In this document: piece by piece, positions 34,641 through 44,064 of the stretch
Position numbering within the stretch: the first letter of the stretch is position 1
Layout: each line of letters starts with the position of its first letter
Sequence record: PP359570
Direction: 5' to 3' (one strand)
Source of the DNA: Escherichia phage ALITA
DNA length: 64,000 nucleotides
Notes under the pieces: generated by a model
What the model was told of the DNA's origin: nothing
Databases searched by the model: none
What the model saw: only the letters and a program-made list of their open reading frames with translations
Translations under genes and position numbers: made by a program

Positions 34641-34963
34641 CTCTCCTCAAAATCCATAAGTATAAAGATATTAACTTTACCTTCTATATTATGTTCTACA
34701 ACAAGATCTGCAAATTCTTTGTAGGCTTTTTCTTCTATTTGTTCAATGTGAGACGCTACATCTTTGTATATAGCGTCACCATCTACTTTAACAAGGAGGA
34801 ATAGAGATCTTACTTCAATCTCTTTATTTTTACGGGGTAGAAAATCGACGGCTTCTTGTATACGCCAGCCGAGATACCCTGGAGTCCTTTGAATATCCTC
34901 CAAATGACTTTCTAAGATTTCCCTTCCTTTGTCTATTAAAGCCTGTTCTGTCGTTATTTTCAT
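34637..34963 (-). CDS. hypothetical protein (108 aa)
   Basis: ORF-track ORF; 4-nt overlap with phosphatase start. Confidence 0.5.
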   Translation of the reverse strand: MKITTEQALIDKGREILESHLEDIQRTPGYLGWRIQEAVDFLPRKNKEIEVRSLFLLVKVDGDAIYKDVASHIEQIEEKAYKEFADLVVEHNIEGKVNIFILMDFEES

Positions 34964-34973
34964 CCCCTTCTCC

Positions 34974-35546
34974 TTAATGTGTTAATGAAACTGCGTAACT
35001 AAACACAGGTTCAGATATTACATCGGCTACAGTAATAAAAACGTCTTCGTCTTGAGTTGTTTCTACACGACATACAGTTACACCATTCACCACGAATTCA
35101 ACGCAATGTGGAATATCTTCACAAACGAAGGTAGTGTAAGTAACACCCAAAGCATCATACAAAGATTTAACAGTGTTTGCAAGTGCCGCAGTTTCTTCTT
35201 TTTCTGAGACAATGAATGCTGTAACAACAAGATTGTTTGCATAGTTTAGACTGTCCTCTATAGCCAATGATTTACAAGGTAGTAATGCAAAATATTTACC
35301 TGGTTTAATCAGACCTGCTTCCCATTGATTCAAAATTGCTTGGGATGGTTTAGTAATATAAAACAGATTTTCACTTGGGTTATCAATATTACTTCTGGCG
35401 ATACAACGTGAAGGATTATTAATATCAAACACATGATCAAAATCTACACAAACTGGTAAACTGAAAGGTGTGAATTTTTTACCTAATAATCCTACTGCTG
35501 ACAATATGTTTGCTGTGCTTATCTTCCCGTTAAAAGCTAAACGCAT
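34974..35546 (-). CDS. hypothetical protein (190 aa)
   Basis: ORF-track ORF. Confidence 0.5.
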   Translation of the reverse strand: MRLAFNGKISTANILSAVGLLGKKFTPFSLPVCVDFDHVFDINNPSRCIARSNIDNPSENLFYITKPSQAILNQWEAGLIKPGKYFALLPCKSLAIEDSLNYANNLVVTAFIVSEKEETAALANTVKSLYDALGVTYTTFVCEDIPHCVEFVVNGVTVCRVETTQDEDVFITVADVISEPVFSYAVSLTH

Positions 35547-35557
35547 ATTTAACTCCT

Positions 35558-35761
35558 TTAACTAGCAACCGTAACTTCCGAACTTTCTTCTTTCGTACTG
35601 TCTACGATATGCCTGGTGGCAATATACGAGACTTGCCAGTTACCATCTGGTGTAGTCTCAATAAGTACCCTATCTACTTCGAGAAAATGCAAAAATTCAA
35701 CCATCGCTCGCTTCGATAGGAATTGTTTTTTAACAGTCTCCTCAAAAGATTGAACTGCCAT
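35558..35761 (-). CDS. hypothetical protein (67 aa)
   Basis: ORF-track ORF. Confidence 0.4.
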   Translation of the reverse strand: MAVQSFEETVKKQFLSKRAMVEFLHFLEVDRVLIETTPDGNWQVSYIATRHIVDSTKEESSEVTVAS

Positions 35762-35770
35762 GTTTCCTCC

Positions 35771-36433
35771 TTATTTAATATTCAATTTTGCACAAAGACG
35801 TTGTACCGCTTTGGCATCGAACAAACTCCCACGAATAGTTCTCTTTCCTGATTCATTCAGATGTTTTGCAATCGTCATATATGGCGTTTTACAAGCTCTG
35901 TATGCAACTAAAGAATCTTTTAAAGAAAGCGCAAACTCTTTTGAGCGTTTTGCTTCTTCCGTTTTCGTATAATCTGTTCTTTTGTATTTAGGGTTTGCTG
36001 CACCAAGAAGCGTTCCCTTCGCTTTTGCTACTTTAAGGCTCTTCTTAACACGATCAGATATTGCACGAGCCTCTTCTTCTGCCAGAACTGCTAAAATATT
36101 TATTATCATATTTTCAGCGGAGGGCATAGTTGCTATTCGTACATTAATCATCTCTAACAAGGTTGCAACAGAAGCTGTGTTACGTCCAAGACGGTCAACC
36201 TTAGCAACAACAAGTGTAGCACCTGTTTCTTTGCAAAGATTAACAGCTTTTACAAGCTCTCTACGTTGCTTCCAATCGCCTTTACCCGAATAAAACTCTG
36301 CAAAGCTACCTACAATAGTATAATTTTCTTGTGAATCCAGGAAGCGTTGGATATCTGCTTCCTGTGATTCTATACCATACTGGTTGCCTTGTTGTTTCTT
36401 CTTAGAAAGTCGATGATACAGTACAAACTTCAT
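35771..36433 (-). CDS. serine recombinase (resolvase/invertase family)
   Basis: N-terminal YHRLSKKKQ (Y.R.S...Q catalytic-Ser context), VVAKVDRLGRN, C-terminal HTH-like tail. Confidence 0.75.
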   Translation of the reverse strand: MKFVLYHRLSKKKQQGNQYGIESQEADIQRFLDSQENYTIVGSFAEFYSGKGDWKQRRELVKAVNLCKETGATLVVAKVDRLGRNTASVATLLEMINVRIATMPSAENMIINILAVLAEEEARAISDRVKKSLKVAKAKGTLLGAANPKYKRTDYTKTEEAKRSKEFALSLKDSLVAYRACKTPYMTIAKHLNESGKRTIRGSLFDAKAVQRLCAKLNIK

Positions 36434-36490
36434 AATACCCTCCTGTTCTGTTACAGGAAGTATGCACTACCTTAACGTTAAAGTCAACAG

Positions 36491-36706
36491 TTAAGTAGTG
36501 GTAATATCATCTTCTTGAATATCAGGATCAACTTCTGCAAAGATAGCTTCTACAGGAATTTCTTCACCTGCTATTCTAGAAAGAAGCACTGAACCAATAG
36601 CTTTTGCGTGTTCTTCGGATTCCGCATAAACATTAGTCCCTGTGTCTTTTTTCTTAGTTTCGTTAAAATATACCAGATAGTAATTGTATGCCATTATTCT
36701 TCCCAA
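36491..36706 (-). CDS. hypothetical protein (71 aa)
   Basis: ORF-track ORF. Confidence 0.4.
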   Translation of the reverse strand: MGRIMAYNYYLVYFNETKKKDTGTNVYAESEEHAKAIGSVLLSRIAGEEIPVEAIFAEVDPDIQEDDITTT

Positions 36707-36945
36707 TCGTTGTTACGAGCATTTTCAAGAACCTTGACAACTTCTGCATACTCTACAGCTAAACCAGCACACACTTCAGCTTGTTTTGCAATTGCTTGTT
36801 TAAAGAACATAGCGATTGCAACACTCTGTGTTGTGTGAATGTTATCTGCTTTAGTTGATACGTGAAGATCAAAATCTTCTTCATCAAAGGGGAGTTCCAT
36901 AGTAACAATAAATTTCTCGGTCATAAAAATGCTCCTCTTAAACAA
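36694..36945 (-). CDS. hypothetical protein (83 aa)
   Basis: ORF-track ORF. Confidence 0.4.
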   Translation of the reverse strand: MFKRSIFMTEKFIVTMELPFDEEDFDLHVSTKADNIHTTQSVAIAMFFKQAIAKQAEVCAGLAVEYAEVVKVLENARNNDWEE

Positions 36946-37447
36946 AATAGAAAGGTTGAGTTAAACCCAGCCTGTTTTTTGGGTCGTAGACGTACCAAGC
37001 ATATGCTGTCTTATCAGTACCACCTGCAACAAAAGATGGTCGTTCAGAAAGAACAATCAAATTTGTTGGTGGATTCTGTTTATGGAACTCCCTTCGTTTA
37101 ATAGACTCTAGGAACCCAAGACGCAACAAGTATATGCAAACGTCTGCTTCTTTTAAGCTCTTTTGCAAGAACTCAAGTGCAAGTTTGAATGGGGGATTTG
37201 TGATTATAATATCCGGCTTAGTATGCCATTCGTGGTTAAAATAATCTTTCCCTTCTTCTAACTCACAATATTCTGATCCTTCTGGAAAATGTTGATAAAT
37301 TGCAGCAGCAGCACCTTTACACGGTTCTGCAAAAATAAAACCTTCTTCTTTAAGGTTATTAAAATCTATTACACTAAATAATGCATTTATACATTTTTGT
37401 GGAGTAGGATAGTAATCAGTTGGTGGACGATCATACTTATTTGCCAC
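36938..37447 (-). CDS. small phage-type DNA N6-adenine methyltransferase
   Basis: YYPTP, FAEPCKGAAAA (AdoMet-binding-like) and DIIITNPPF (NPPF motif IV). Confidence 0.65.
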   Translation of the reverse strand: MANKYDRPPTDYYPTPQKCINALFSVIDFNNLKEEGFIFAEPCKGAAAAIYQHFPEGSEYCELEEGKDYFNHEWHTKPDIIITNPPFKLALEFLQKSLKEADVCIYLLRLGFLESIKRREFHKQNPPTNLIVLSERPSFVAGGTDKTAYAWYVYDPKNRLGLTQPFYFV

Positions 37448-37865
37448 TACTTAAAATCTCCTCTTTTGTGATTTCAGGGTCTTCTTCAAAAACCATAATA
37501 TCTCTTAAGAACGTTAATTCTTCCATAGATACTGGTATTGTATCTTCTTCTGTTTTTCGTTTACATAAATCGTCAAGAAAGTTTTTAAAGTTTTCTGACA
37601 AATCGTAAAATTTCAACAGTTGATAATCACAGGAGGAGATCCTATCTAGTTCTAACATTCTTTCTAAGATATTTTCTGTGTTGCCATACAGCACACGAAC
37701 TTCTCCGAAAGGGTTGACTGAATATTGTGAAGTTCTGAACCATCCCTTTTTAGATACAGTGTAACGCTGTTCTGCTAAACTTTCAATAAAATTTTTAGCT
37801 CTTTTACAGTTTTGTTCTAAAGAGTAGTAGGCTTTTTCTACAAAGGTTACAGGTACTGGTAACAT
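37437..37865 (-). CDS. hypothetical protein (142 aa)
   Basis: ORF-track ORF; aggagg SD. Confidence 0.5.
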   Translation of the reverse strand: MLPVPVTFVEKAYYSLEQNCKRAKNFIESLAEQRYTVSKKGWFRTSQYSVNPFGEVRVLYGNTENILERMLELDRISSCDYQLLKFYDLSENFKNFLDDLCKRKTEEDTIPVSMEELTFLRDIMVFEEDPEITKEEILSSGK

Positions 37866-37876
37866 ATCTCCTCCTA

Positions 37877-37900
37877 ATAAACCCCCTCAAGGGGGTTTGT
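37877..37900 (-). terminator. GC hairpin downstream of HslV-like gene
   Basis: aaaccccctcaagggggttt; approx. Confidence 0.45.
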
Positions 37901-37906
37901 GTTAGA

Positions 37907-38560
37907 TTAATTATCAGAGGATACTTTATCAAGTTTTTCAGAGACTGTCAATACTTTTTCTTGTGATTCTTTCATTTCTGCTAAAATACTTTCAGCTTCA
38001 TCACTATCAGGATCACCAGTCAACAGCATACTAATTAGTTGCTCCTTGCTGAAGTTCAGAATATCTTCCGCTGTTAGCTCCAGTTGTTCTTCGATCTCTT
38101 CAACAAAAGTTTCACCCCCTGAAAAAGCATCTCGTAGTTTTGCAACTTCCATTGCTTCTTCTGGGGTTGCCCCAGCGTCTAAAGCTGCTAAAGCAAAATC
38201 TGCCCCACTACCAACAGCATAGTAATCTTCAGTTAAAGGATATGCTCGCGTTGGATTATTACCCTCGTGCATATAAATTTTACCGTCTGGGTGAACAACC
38301 AATGCCACAAACTCTTCATCTTCTTTATCAGGATCGGACTGGATCACCAAACCTGGGATTGTCTCTTGTGCTGCTTGGCATTGTAAGTTTTGTTCGAACC
38401 AAGAAAAGAAAGTCAGGATAGAAGACAGACGTCCTGCACCACCAACAAGGTAGTCCCCAATTTTACGCACTTTCTTGAAATTTAAAGTGTCTACACGACT
38501 ACCTACTGTTACTTTACCGTCAGACAGAATTTTGTTACGTGTTGCAATAATTGTTGTCAT
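37907..38560 (-). CDS. HslV-like Ntn-hydrolase (proteasome beta-type) peptidase with acidic C-terminal extension
   Basis: MTTIIATRN (Thr right after Met), KKVRKIGDYLVGGAG, YYAVGSGADFALAALDAG parallel E. coli HslV MTTIVSVRR / KKVRRL..AGFAG / AIGSGG.YAQAAA; extra ~50 aa D/E-rich tail. Confidence 0.6.
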   Translation of the reverse strand: MTTIIATRNKILSDGKVTVGSRVDTLNFKKVRKIGDYLVGGAGRLSSILTFFSWFEQNLQCQAAQETIPGLVIQSDPDKEDEEFVALVVHPDGKIYMHEGNNPTRAYPLTEDYYAVGSGADFALAALDAGATPEEAMEVAKLRDAFSGGETFVEEIEEQLELTAEDILNFSKEQLISMLLTGDPDSDEAESILAEMKESQEKVLTVSEKLDKVSSDN

Positions 38561-39051
38561 TGTACTTCCTCCTGTAGTGTTTTAAGGACTGCTTTACCAC
38601 CGCTTACATATTTACGGAGGTAATCAATAGCTCTTAGTGTTTCTTTATCCACAAGAATTTTATTAGTTCTTGTTAGTGGATGATTTAGTAAATCACTGCA
38701 ATTTCTTACTAACATAGATTTCTTGTGAAAAATACTGCTAAGAAAAAGAAGTTTAGAATCTTCTTCATCAATCAGGAGTAATTCTGAATTAGACCCAGCT
38801 ACATTTATTATACACTCAAACAAGCCTTCTTGACTATCAGATAATTCCTGGTAATATTTAGTTAGCCAATCCTCGCCTTTTAACCAACTAAAAAACATCT
38901 GAACTTTTTGTAAAGTTGTCATGTTCTCTAAACGAAGAGATATTTCTTTTTCAATCTTGTCAATATAAATCTGTCTAAACTCATTCGGCTTAACTAAGCC
39001 AGCTTGATAGCATTCATCAATACCATTGCGATCAATCTCAATTAGCGTCAT
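38557..39051 (-). CDS. hypothetical protein (164 aa)
   Basis: ORF-track ORF; 4-nt overlap with HslV-like start. Confidence 0.5.
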   Translation of the reverse strand: MTLIEIDRNGIDECYQAGLVKPNEFRQIYIDKIEKEISLRLENMTTLQKVQMFFSWLKGEDWLTKYYQELSDSQEGLFECIINVAGSNSELLLIDEEDSKLLFLSSIFHKKSMLVRNCSDLLNHPLTRTNKILVDKETLRAIDYLRKYVSGGKAVLKTLQEEVQ

Positions 39052-39087
39052 TTAACCTCCATAACAGGCATCCTTGCCTTGTAATTA

Positions 39088-39840
39088 TTAGTATACTTCC
39101 GTGATGAACTGAGACAAACGGGAACGTTGGTTATCAGCAGTTGTCATTTCAACATAACCAATAAAATCCACAATAGCTTCCCTTTCTCCTTCTTCATTAA
39201 TAGGAACAACACGATCTAACAAATCACCTAACCCGTTAGCTCTTCGTTTAATTGCATATGTTTGATTAACATCGCCCATAATGACAATACGTGTATTAAG
39301 ACCTGCTCGCTCAAGGAGAAGTTTTACTGTATTTGGTGACATAAGTTGAACTTCATCAATAAGAATAATGCTGTTATCCCACGTAGCACCTAGTGCATAG
39401 TTTGGAATATTAAGTTCAATTTTGCCACTTGCAATATCGTTTTCCAATTTATTTGCAGTCATAAACTGTTGGAAAATTCTTTTAGTTGATTCGTAGTGTG
39501 CTGCTAGTTTATCAGTCTTATCTCCAGATAAGAAACCAATTTGATCATCACCTACTTCTGTCGGGTTTTTAAGGAAAATCAACTTTCTGAAGTCACCAGC
39601 TTTAAGCATTTGCAATGCTTTCCATAGTGCTGTTGTCGTTTTTCCTGTTCCTGCTGGGGCATTAACAATGGTTAAATCATTCCAAACCATGCTTCTTACA
39701 ATAGCTTCTTGATTCCCAACAGGGGTAAATTCATCAAGACGGTAATCATCATTTCCTACTGCTTTAGCCGCATAACGACTGGCACGTTTGTCATCATTGG
39801 CTGCTGATTGACGACGAGCCTTTGCGGTTTTATTTCCCAT
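39088..39840 (-). CDS. phoH: PhoH-like ATPase
   Basis: Walker A PAGTGKTT, LIFLKNPTE...GFLSGDK, Walker B ILIDEVQ. Confidence 0.85.
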   Translation of the reverse strand: MGNKTAKARRQSAANDDKRASRYAAKAVGNDDYRLDEFTPVGNQEAIVRSMVWNDLTIVNAPAGTGKTTTALWKALQMLKAGDFRKLIFLKNPTEVGDDQIGFLSGDKTDKLAAHYESTKRIFQQFMTANKLENDIASGKIELNIPNYALGATWDNSIILIDEVQLMSPNTVKLLLERAGLNTRIVIMGDVNQTYAIKRRANGLGDLLDRVVPINEEGEREAIVDFIGYVEMTTADNQRSRLSQFITEVY

Positions 39841-39854
39841 GTTTGCACTCCTTA

Positions 39855-39878
39855 TAAAAGGGGCTTTCGCCCCTTTGT
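39855..39878 (-). terminator. GC hairpin with GAAA tetraloop downstream of lysozyme gene
   Basis: aaaaggggcTTTCgcccctttg; approx. Confidence 0.5.
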
Positions 39879-40379
39879 TTAGTTATAAGCGTCTAATGTT
39901 CCAGTTTTAAGTACCTGAATTACACGCTCTGCGCGATTAGGCGTTTGGCGATACCATTTACTTTTACGTAAATTTATAGAGGCTTGAGTATAATATGAAT
40001 TACTCACTAAAGTCAAGCTATTTTTGAAAGATTCTGCACCTTTCAATCCCATTTGAAATACCATATTGATAATAGCCATTTTACGATTAGGACTTACTTT
40101 ATCGTAAATAGGAGATAATATGGTGCTTGAATGGATCTGTTGTATCGCTTTCTTTACGTCACTCTCAAAGATTTTTCTAGCTTCCGCTTCAGTAATAACC
40201 CCATTGGTTTTTCTACCTACTAAGTTATCAAGAATGCGTATAGCTTCTGCTTTATCTTTGCGTTTTGTCAGAAGGTGTCCAATACCAACTGTCCAATACC
40301 CTTCGGTATCAGGATACACAGTTAGCTTTAGTCCTTCATCAAAACGTAACATATCAAACACATCAACTACTTTAGCCAT
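39879..40379 (-). CDS. e: T4-type lysozyme (endolysin)
   Basis: DMLRFDEGLKLTVYPDTEGYWTVGIGHLLTK and INMVFQMG...WYRQTPNRAERVI closely parallel T4 e. Confidence 0.95.
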   Translation of the reverse strand: MAKVVDVFDMLRFDEGLKLTVYPDTEGYWTVGIGHLLTKRKDKAEAIRILDNLVGRKTNGVITEAEARKIFESDVKKAIQQIHSSTILSPIYDKVSPNRKMAIINMVFQMGLKGAESFKNSLTLVSNSYYTQASINLRKSKWYRQTPNRAERVIQVLKTGTLDAYN

Positions 40380-40391
40380 GTTTTCCTTATA

Positions 40392-40535
40392 TCAGTCGCC
40401 CTCCCCATGATCTAACTCTTGAAACAGTAGGTGTTCAGGAGACATTTCACGTTTAGGCTTCGTCTTTTTAGTTTGGGACTTAAGCTCTGTTGCCAAAGCA
40501 CGAGAAAAGATCTTACGTTTCTGTTTACCTTTCAT
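40392..40535 (-). CDS. small basic protein (47 aa)
   Basis: Below track cutoff; MKGKQKRKIFSRALATELKSQTKKTKPKRE...; codon-counted from verified neighbours. Confidence 0.35.
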   Translation of the reverse strand: MKGKQKRKIFSRALATELKSQTKKTKPKREMSPEHLLFQELDHGEGD

Positions 40536-40539
40536 ATTG

Positions 40540-40806
40540 TTACTCCGCAATCTGAGCCATGAATTCACGTAGTTCAGAAAAACCTCCTACGTGGGTTAGC
40601 TGTTCACCATCTTCCACAAAAATCTGAGGAAATGTACGTGGTAGAACACCTGTTTTCTCTAAGACCAGATTCTGAATCTGATCTAAAGAATAGTCTTCAT
40701 CTAAGGTAAGGTATTTAAAATCCTGTTCACGCTGTTCTAGTAGAATCTTAGCGTTAGTGCAGAAAGGACAATTTGGTTTACCGTAGATAATAAAATTCAT
40801 TTTCAC
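40540..40806 (-). CDS. nrdC: glutaredoxin (NrdC-like)
   Basis: IIYGKPNCPFCTNAK (CPFC active site) and C-terminal HVGGFSELREF parallel T4 NrdC. Confidence 0.8.
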   Translation of the reverse strand: MKMNFIIYGKPNCPFCTNAKILLEQREQDFKYLTLDEDYSLDQIQNLVLEKTGVLPRTFPQIFVEDGEQLTHVGGFSELREFMAQIAE

Positions 40807-41633
40807 TCCTTGTTTAAAAGTATAGTTAAAGTTCTTACAATACCGCTATCAACACTTCGCGGATTTAAAGTAGGATCTGTTTTTAAATAAGATGTTGCTG
40901 GTCTGACTGCTTTGGAGTTATAGGTTGAAGCAGACACAGGATTAACTGTAACCGATAAATCTATAACAAGAAATATCTTACGTGCAAAGTCATACCAAGA
41001 AATATAATCTGCACCTGCATAGTGTACAATTTTACTATTTACACCATCTTTTACAAGTTTAAAAATTGTTTCTGCAAGATCAGGTGCATAAGTAGGACAC
41101 GACAAATGATCACATACTACATTAAATTCTTTTTGACCACCGTTGTAGCGTTCCAACATAGTTTTCAAAAAGTTATGTCCAAATTCACTATAAACAGAAG
41201 CTGTTCTGATAATAAGTGCTGTAGGACAAACTGTTTGTACTAAAGTTTCACCTAATTGTTTACTATAACCGTAGGTGTTCAAGGGGTTTGTTTTACTATC
41301 TTCTGTACCAGCAACATGCCCATCAAAAACATAGTCTGTTGAAATATGTACAAACTGTATCAGTAAATCATTACATGCTTTGGCAATGTTTGTTGCACCG
41401 TATGCATTAACATTTATACAGGTGTTAACATCTTCTTCAGCTTTATCTACTGCCGTGTAAGCCGCACAATTCACAACAACATCAGGCACATGCTGTACAA
41501 GATTATTCATAACATCTTTAAAGTTGGTAATGTCTACATCACTTGCTTCAATCAAAATAACATCTTCGGGCGCAACTTTTGCCAAAGACTGTCCTAATTG
41601 ACCTTTTGAACCAAAGATTAAAAATTTTGTCAA
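40803..41633 (-). CDS. rmlD: dTDP-4-dehydrorhamnose reductase
   Basis: MTKFLIFGSKGQLGQSL nucleotide-binding start, SDR-like STDYVFDG; last gene of rml operon. Confidence 0.8.
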   Translation of the reverse strand: MTKFLIFGSKGQLGQSLAKVAPEDVILIEASDVDITNFKDVMNNLVQHVPDVVVNCAAYTAVDKAEEDVNTCINVNAYGATNIAKACNDLLIQFVHISTDYVFDGHVAGTEDSKTNPLNTYGYSKQLGETLVQTVCPTALIIRTASVYSEFGHNFLKTMLERYNGGQKEFNVVCDHLSCPTYAPDLAETIFKLVKDGVNSKIVHYAGADYISWYDFARKIFLVIDLSVTVNPVSASTYNSKAVRPATSYLKTDPTLNPRSVDSGIVRTLTILLNKE

Positions 41634-42184
41634 AGTATGATCTCCTTTAGTGTTTTTGCTTCCTGATCTTTTTGTGACAAGATAGGTTTAAAATTAATAT
41701 CATTAAAGATTAAATCAAAACCCCAATCTATATTGATATCTGGATCATTCCACGCAAGACTACACTCTGAAGTCGGATCGTAATATTCTGTACACTTATA
41801 TTCAAAATCAGCAATATCGCTAATCACAACAAAGCCATGAGCGAAACCAGGAGGAATCCAAAATTGTGTTTTATTCTTTTCAGATAAGAGAACACCTACC
41901 CATTCTCCAAATGTTGGACTACCAACTCTAATATCTACAGCAACATCATAAACTTCACCACGAACACAACGTACTAACTTCCCTTGTGGGTTTTTCTTTT
42001 GAAAATGAAGCCCACGTAGAACTCCTCGGATAGAACGTGAATGGTTATCTTGGACAAAGTTTTGTTTACCTATGTATTGATCATATAAAGCCTGATTAAA
42101 ACTTTCTAAGAAAAAACCACGTTCATCTCCGTAAACGTCAGGTTGAATGATCAACAAATCTTCGATTTTTGTTGCTTGAATCAT
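41630..42184 (-). CDS. rmlC: dTDP-4-dehydrorhamnose 3,5-epimerase
   Basis: RGFFLESF...GVLRGLHFQ...VRCVRGEVYDVAVDIR cupin blocks. Confidence 0.85.
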   Translation of the reverse strand: MIQATKIEDLLIIQPDVYGDERGFFLESFNQALYDQYIGKQNFVQDNHSRSIRGVLRGLHFQKKNPQGKLVRCVRGEVYDVAVDIRVGSPTFGEWVGVLLSEKNKTQFWIPPGFAHGFVVISDIADFEYKCTEYYDPTSECSLAWNDPDINIDWGFDLIFNDINFKPILSQKDQEAKTLKEIIL

Positions 42185-42196
42185 TTAATCTCCCCT

Positions 42197-43066
42197 TTAT
42201 TTTAATTTAAGTAAATACTTGCCGTAGTCTGTTTTACTTAAAACCTCTCCAGAACTTTTTACGGAATCTAAAGTAATCCATTCATTTTTAAAAGCAATCT
42301 CTTCTAGACATGCAACCTTCATACCTTGTTGCTTTTCTATTGCATGAACAAATTGAGATGCTTCCATAAGACTTTCATGTGTTCCTGTATCCAGCCAAGT
42401 GAAACCTCTTCCTAGCTTACAGACACGTAAAGCCTTTTCTTTCCAGTACATCTCATTTATATCTGTGATCTCTAACTCCCCTCTAGCAGAAGGCTTAACG
42501 CTTTTAGCTTTCTGTATAACAGAATTATCGTAAAAGTACAAGCCTGTAATTGCATAGTTGCTTTTTGGTGCTTTTGGTTTTTCTTCAATACTTACCACTG
42601 TACCTTCAGAATCAAACTCAACAACACCAAATCTTTCAGGATCATTTACGTGATACCCAAAAATATTAGCTCCACCATTCTTTTCAATATGTTCTCTAGC
42701 AGAATCTAAAATGCTACCAAAACTCTGACCAAAGAATAAATTATCACCTAGAACAAGTGCTACAGAATCTTCACCAATAAAGCTCTCACCAATAATAAAC
42801 GCTTCTGCTAAACCTTTTGGGCTGTCCTGTATTGCATACTGTAGGGAAACACCAAAAGAAGAACCATCACCTAGAAGATTTACAAAATTAATTTGATCTT
42901 CTGGTGTTGTAATTATTAGTATTTCCCTAATTCCAGAAAGCATTAGGACAGAGAGTGGATAATAAATCATAGGTTTATCGTAAATTGGTAATAGTTGTTT
43001 ACTAACCCCTTTAGTAACTGGGTAAAGTCTTGTTCCACTACCACCCGCTAAGATAATACCTTTCAT
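42197..43066 (-). CDS. rmlA: glucose-1-phosphate thymidylyltransferase
   Basis: [18 protein letters not shown]...[17 protein letters not shown] signature. Confidence 0.9.
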   Translation of the reverse strand: MKGIILAGGSGTRLYPVTKGVSKQLLPIYDKPMIYYPLSVLMLSGIREILIITTPEDQINFVNLLGDGSSFGVSLQYAIQDSPKGLAEAFIIGESFIGEDSVALVLGDNLFFGQSFGSILDSAREHIEKNGGANIFGYHVNDPERFGVVEFDSEGTVVSIEEKPKAPKSNYAITGLYFYDNSVIQKAKSVKPSARGELEITDINEMYWKEKALRVCKLGRGFTWLDTGTHESLMEASQFVHAIEKQQGMKVACLEEIAFKNEWITLDSVKSSGEVLSKTDYGKYLLKLK

Positions 43067-43074
43067 ACTCCTCC

Positions 43075-44064
43075 TTAAACTTTATTTTCCCACCACTCTT
43101 TGTTATCTACATACCAATCAATGGTTGAATAAAGTTTTTCTTCAAATGTGCCTTTAGCTTTCCACCCTAATTCCTTTTCAATCTTATAAGGATTCACTTC
43201 ATATCTTAGATCATGTCCAGGTCTATCTGTAACCATCTCAATTAGGCTACAAGCATCTGTTTCAGATGGATACACCGCATCCATATAATCACAAATCATA
43301 TAGATTACATCAATATTAGTTCTAGGGTTTCTGCTCCCAATATTATATGTTTCTCCAGATTTGCCTTTAGTTACTACTAGGTGTAATGCTTCTGCGTGAT
43401 CGTCAACGTATAACCAGTCTCTTACCTGAAGACCATTGCCATAAACAGGGATTGGTTTATTCATCAAGATATTTGTTATCGTTTTAGGTATTAGTTTTTC
43501 TGGATGATGGTATGCTCCAAAATTATTTGAACAATTTGTTATAACTGTCGGAATACCATAAGTACGATGCCACGCTCTTACCAAATGATCGCTTGCTGCC
43601 TTAGATGCAGCATATGGACTACTTGGCTTATAAGGATTCTGTTCTGTAAACGGATAATCCCCTTCTTCCATATCACCATATACTTCATCTGTTGAAATAT
43701 GATGGAACATTTTAAGATTTGATTTATCTCCCATTAAACGAACAGCTTCTAGGAGATTAAATGTCCCAACAATATTTGAATTTATAAAAACACTCGGTGA
43801 TGCTATTGAATTATCTACGTGACTTTCTGCTGCAAGATGCATTATATAATCTGGATTAACATCTGCCACAATCTTAGCAGTTAACTGCGCATTTGTCAAG
43901 TCAACACGACAAAACTTTACATTGGGTGTTTCTGATAAATTTCTAGGGTCTGAAGCGTAACCCCATTTATCTATAACGTAAATATCATTTTTAGTATTTT
44001 TAGCCAGGAAACGAACTACTGCACTTCCAATAAAGCCTAAACCACCTGTTACTAAGTATTTCAT
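43075..44064 (-). CDS. rmlB: dTDP-glucose 4,6-dehydratase
   Basis: [36 protein letters not shown] catalytic YxxxK. Confidence 0.9.
   Translation of the reverse strand: MKYLVTGGLGFIGSAVVRFLAKNTKNDIYVIDKWGYASDPRNLSETPNVKFCRVDLTNAQLTAKIVADVNPDYIMHLAAESHVDNSIASPSVFINSNIVGTFNLLEAVRLMGDKSNLKMFHHISTDEVYGDMEEGDYPFTEQNPYKPSSPYAASKAASDHLVRAWHRTYGIPTVITNCSNNFGAYHHPEKLIPKTITNILMNKPIPVYGNGLQVRDWLYVDDHAEALHLVVTKGKSGETYNIGSRNPRTNIDVIYMICDYMDAVYPSETDACSLIEMVTDRPGHDLRYEVNPYKIEKELGWKAKGTFEEKLYSTIDWYVDNKEWWENKV

Noticed and set aside
35982-36293. 103-aa + strand ORF
   Set aside because: Antisense to the serine recombinase gene, which has clear catalytic motifs.
35771-36433. Prophage integrase indicating a temperate element
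   Set aside because: The protein is a ~220-aa resolvase/invertase-type serine recombinase, not a large serine or tyrosine integrase; surrounding genes are lytic-phage metabolism genes.
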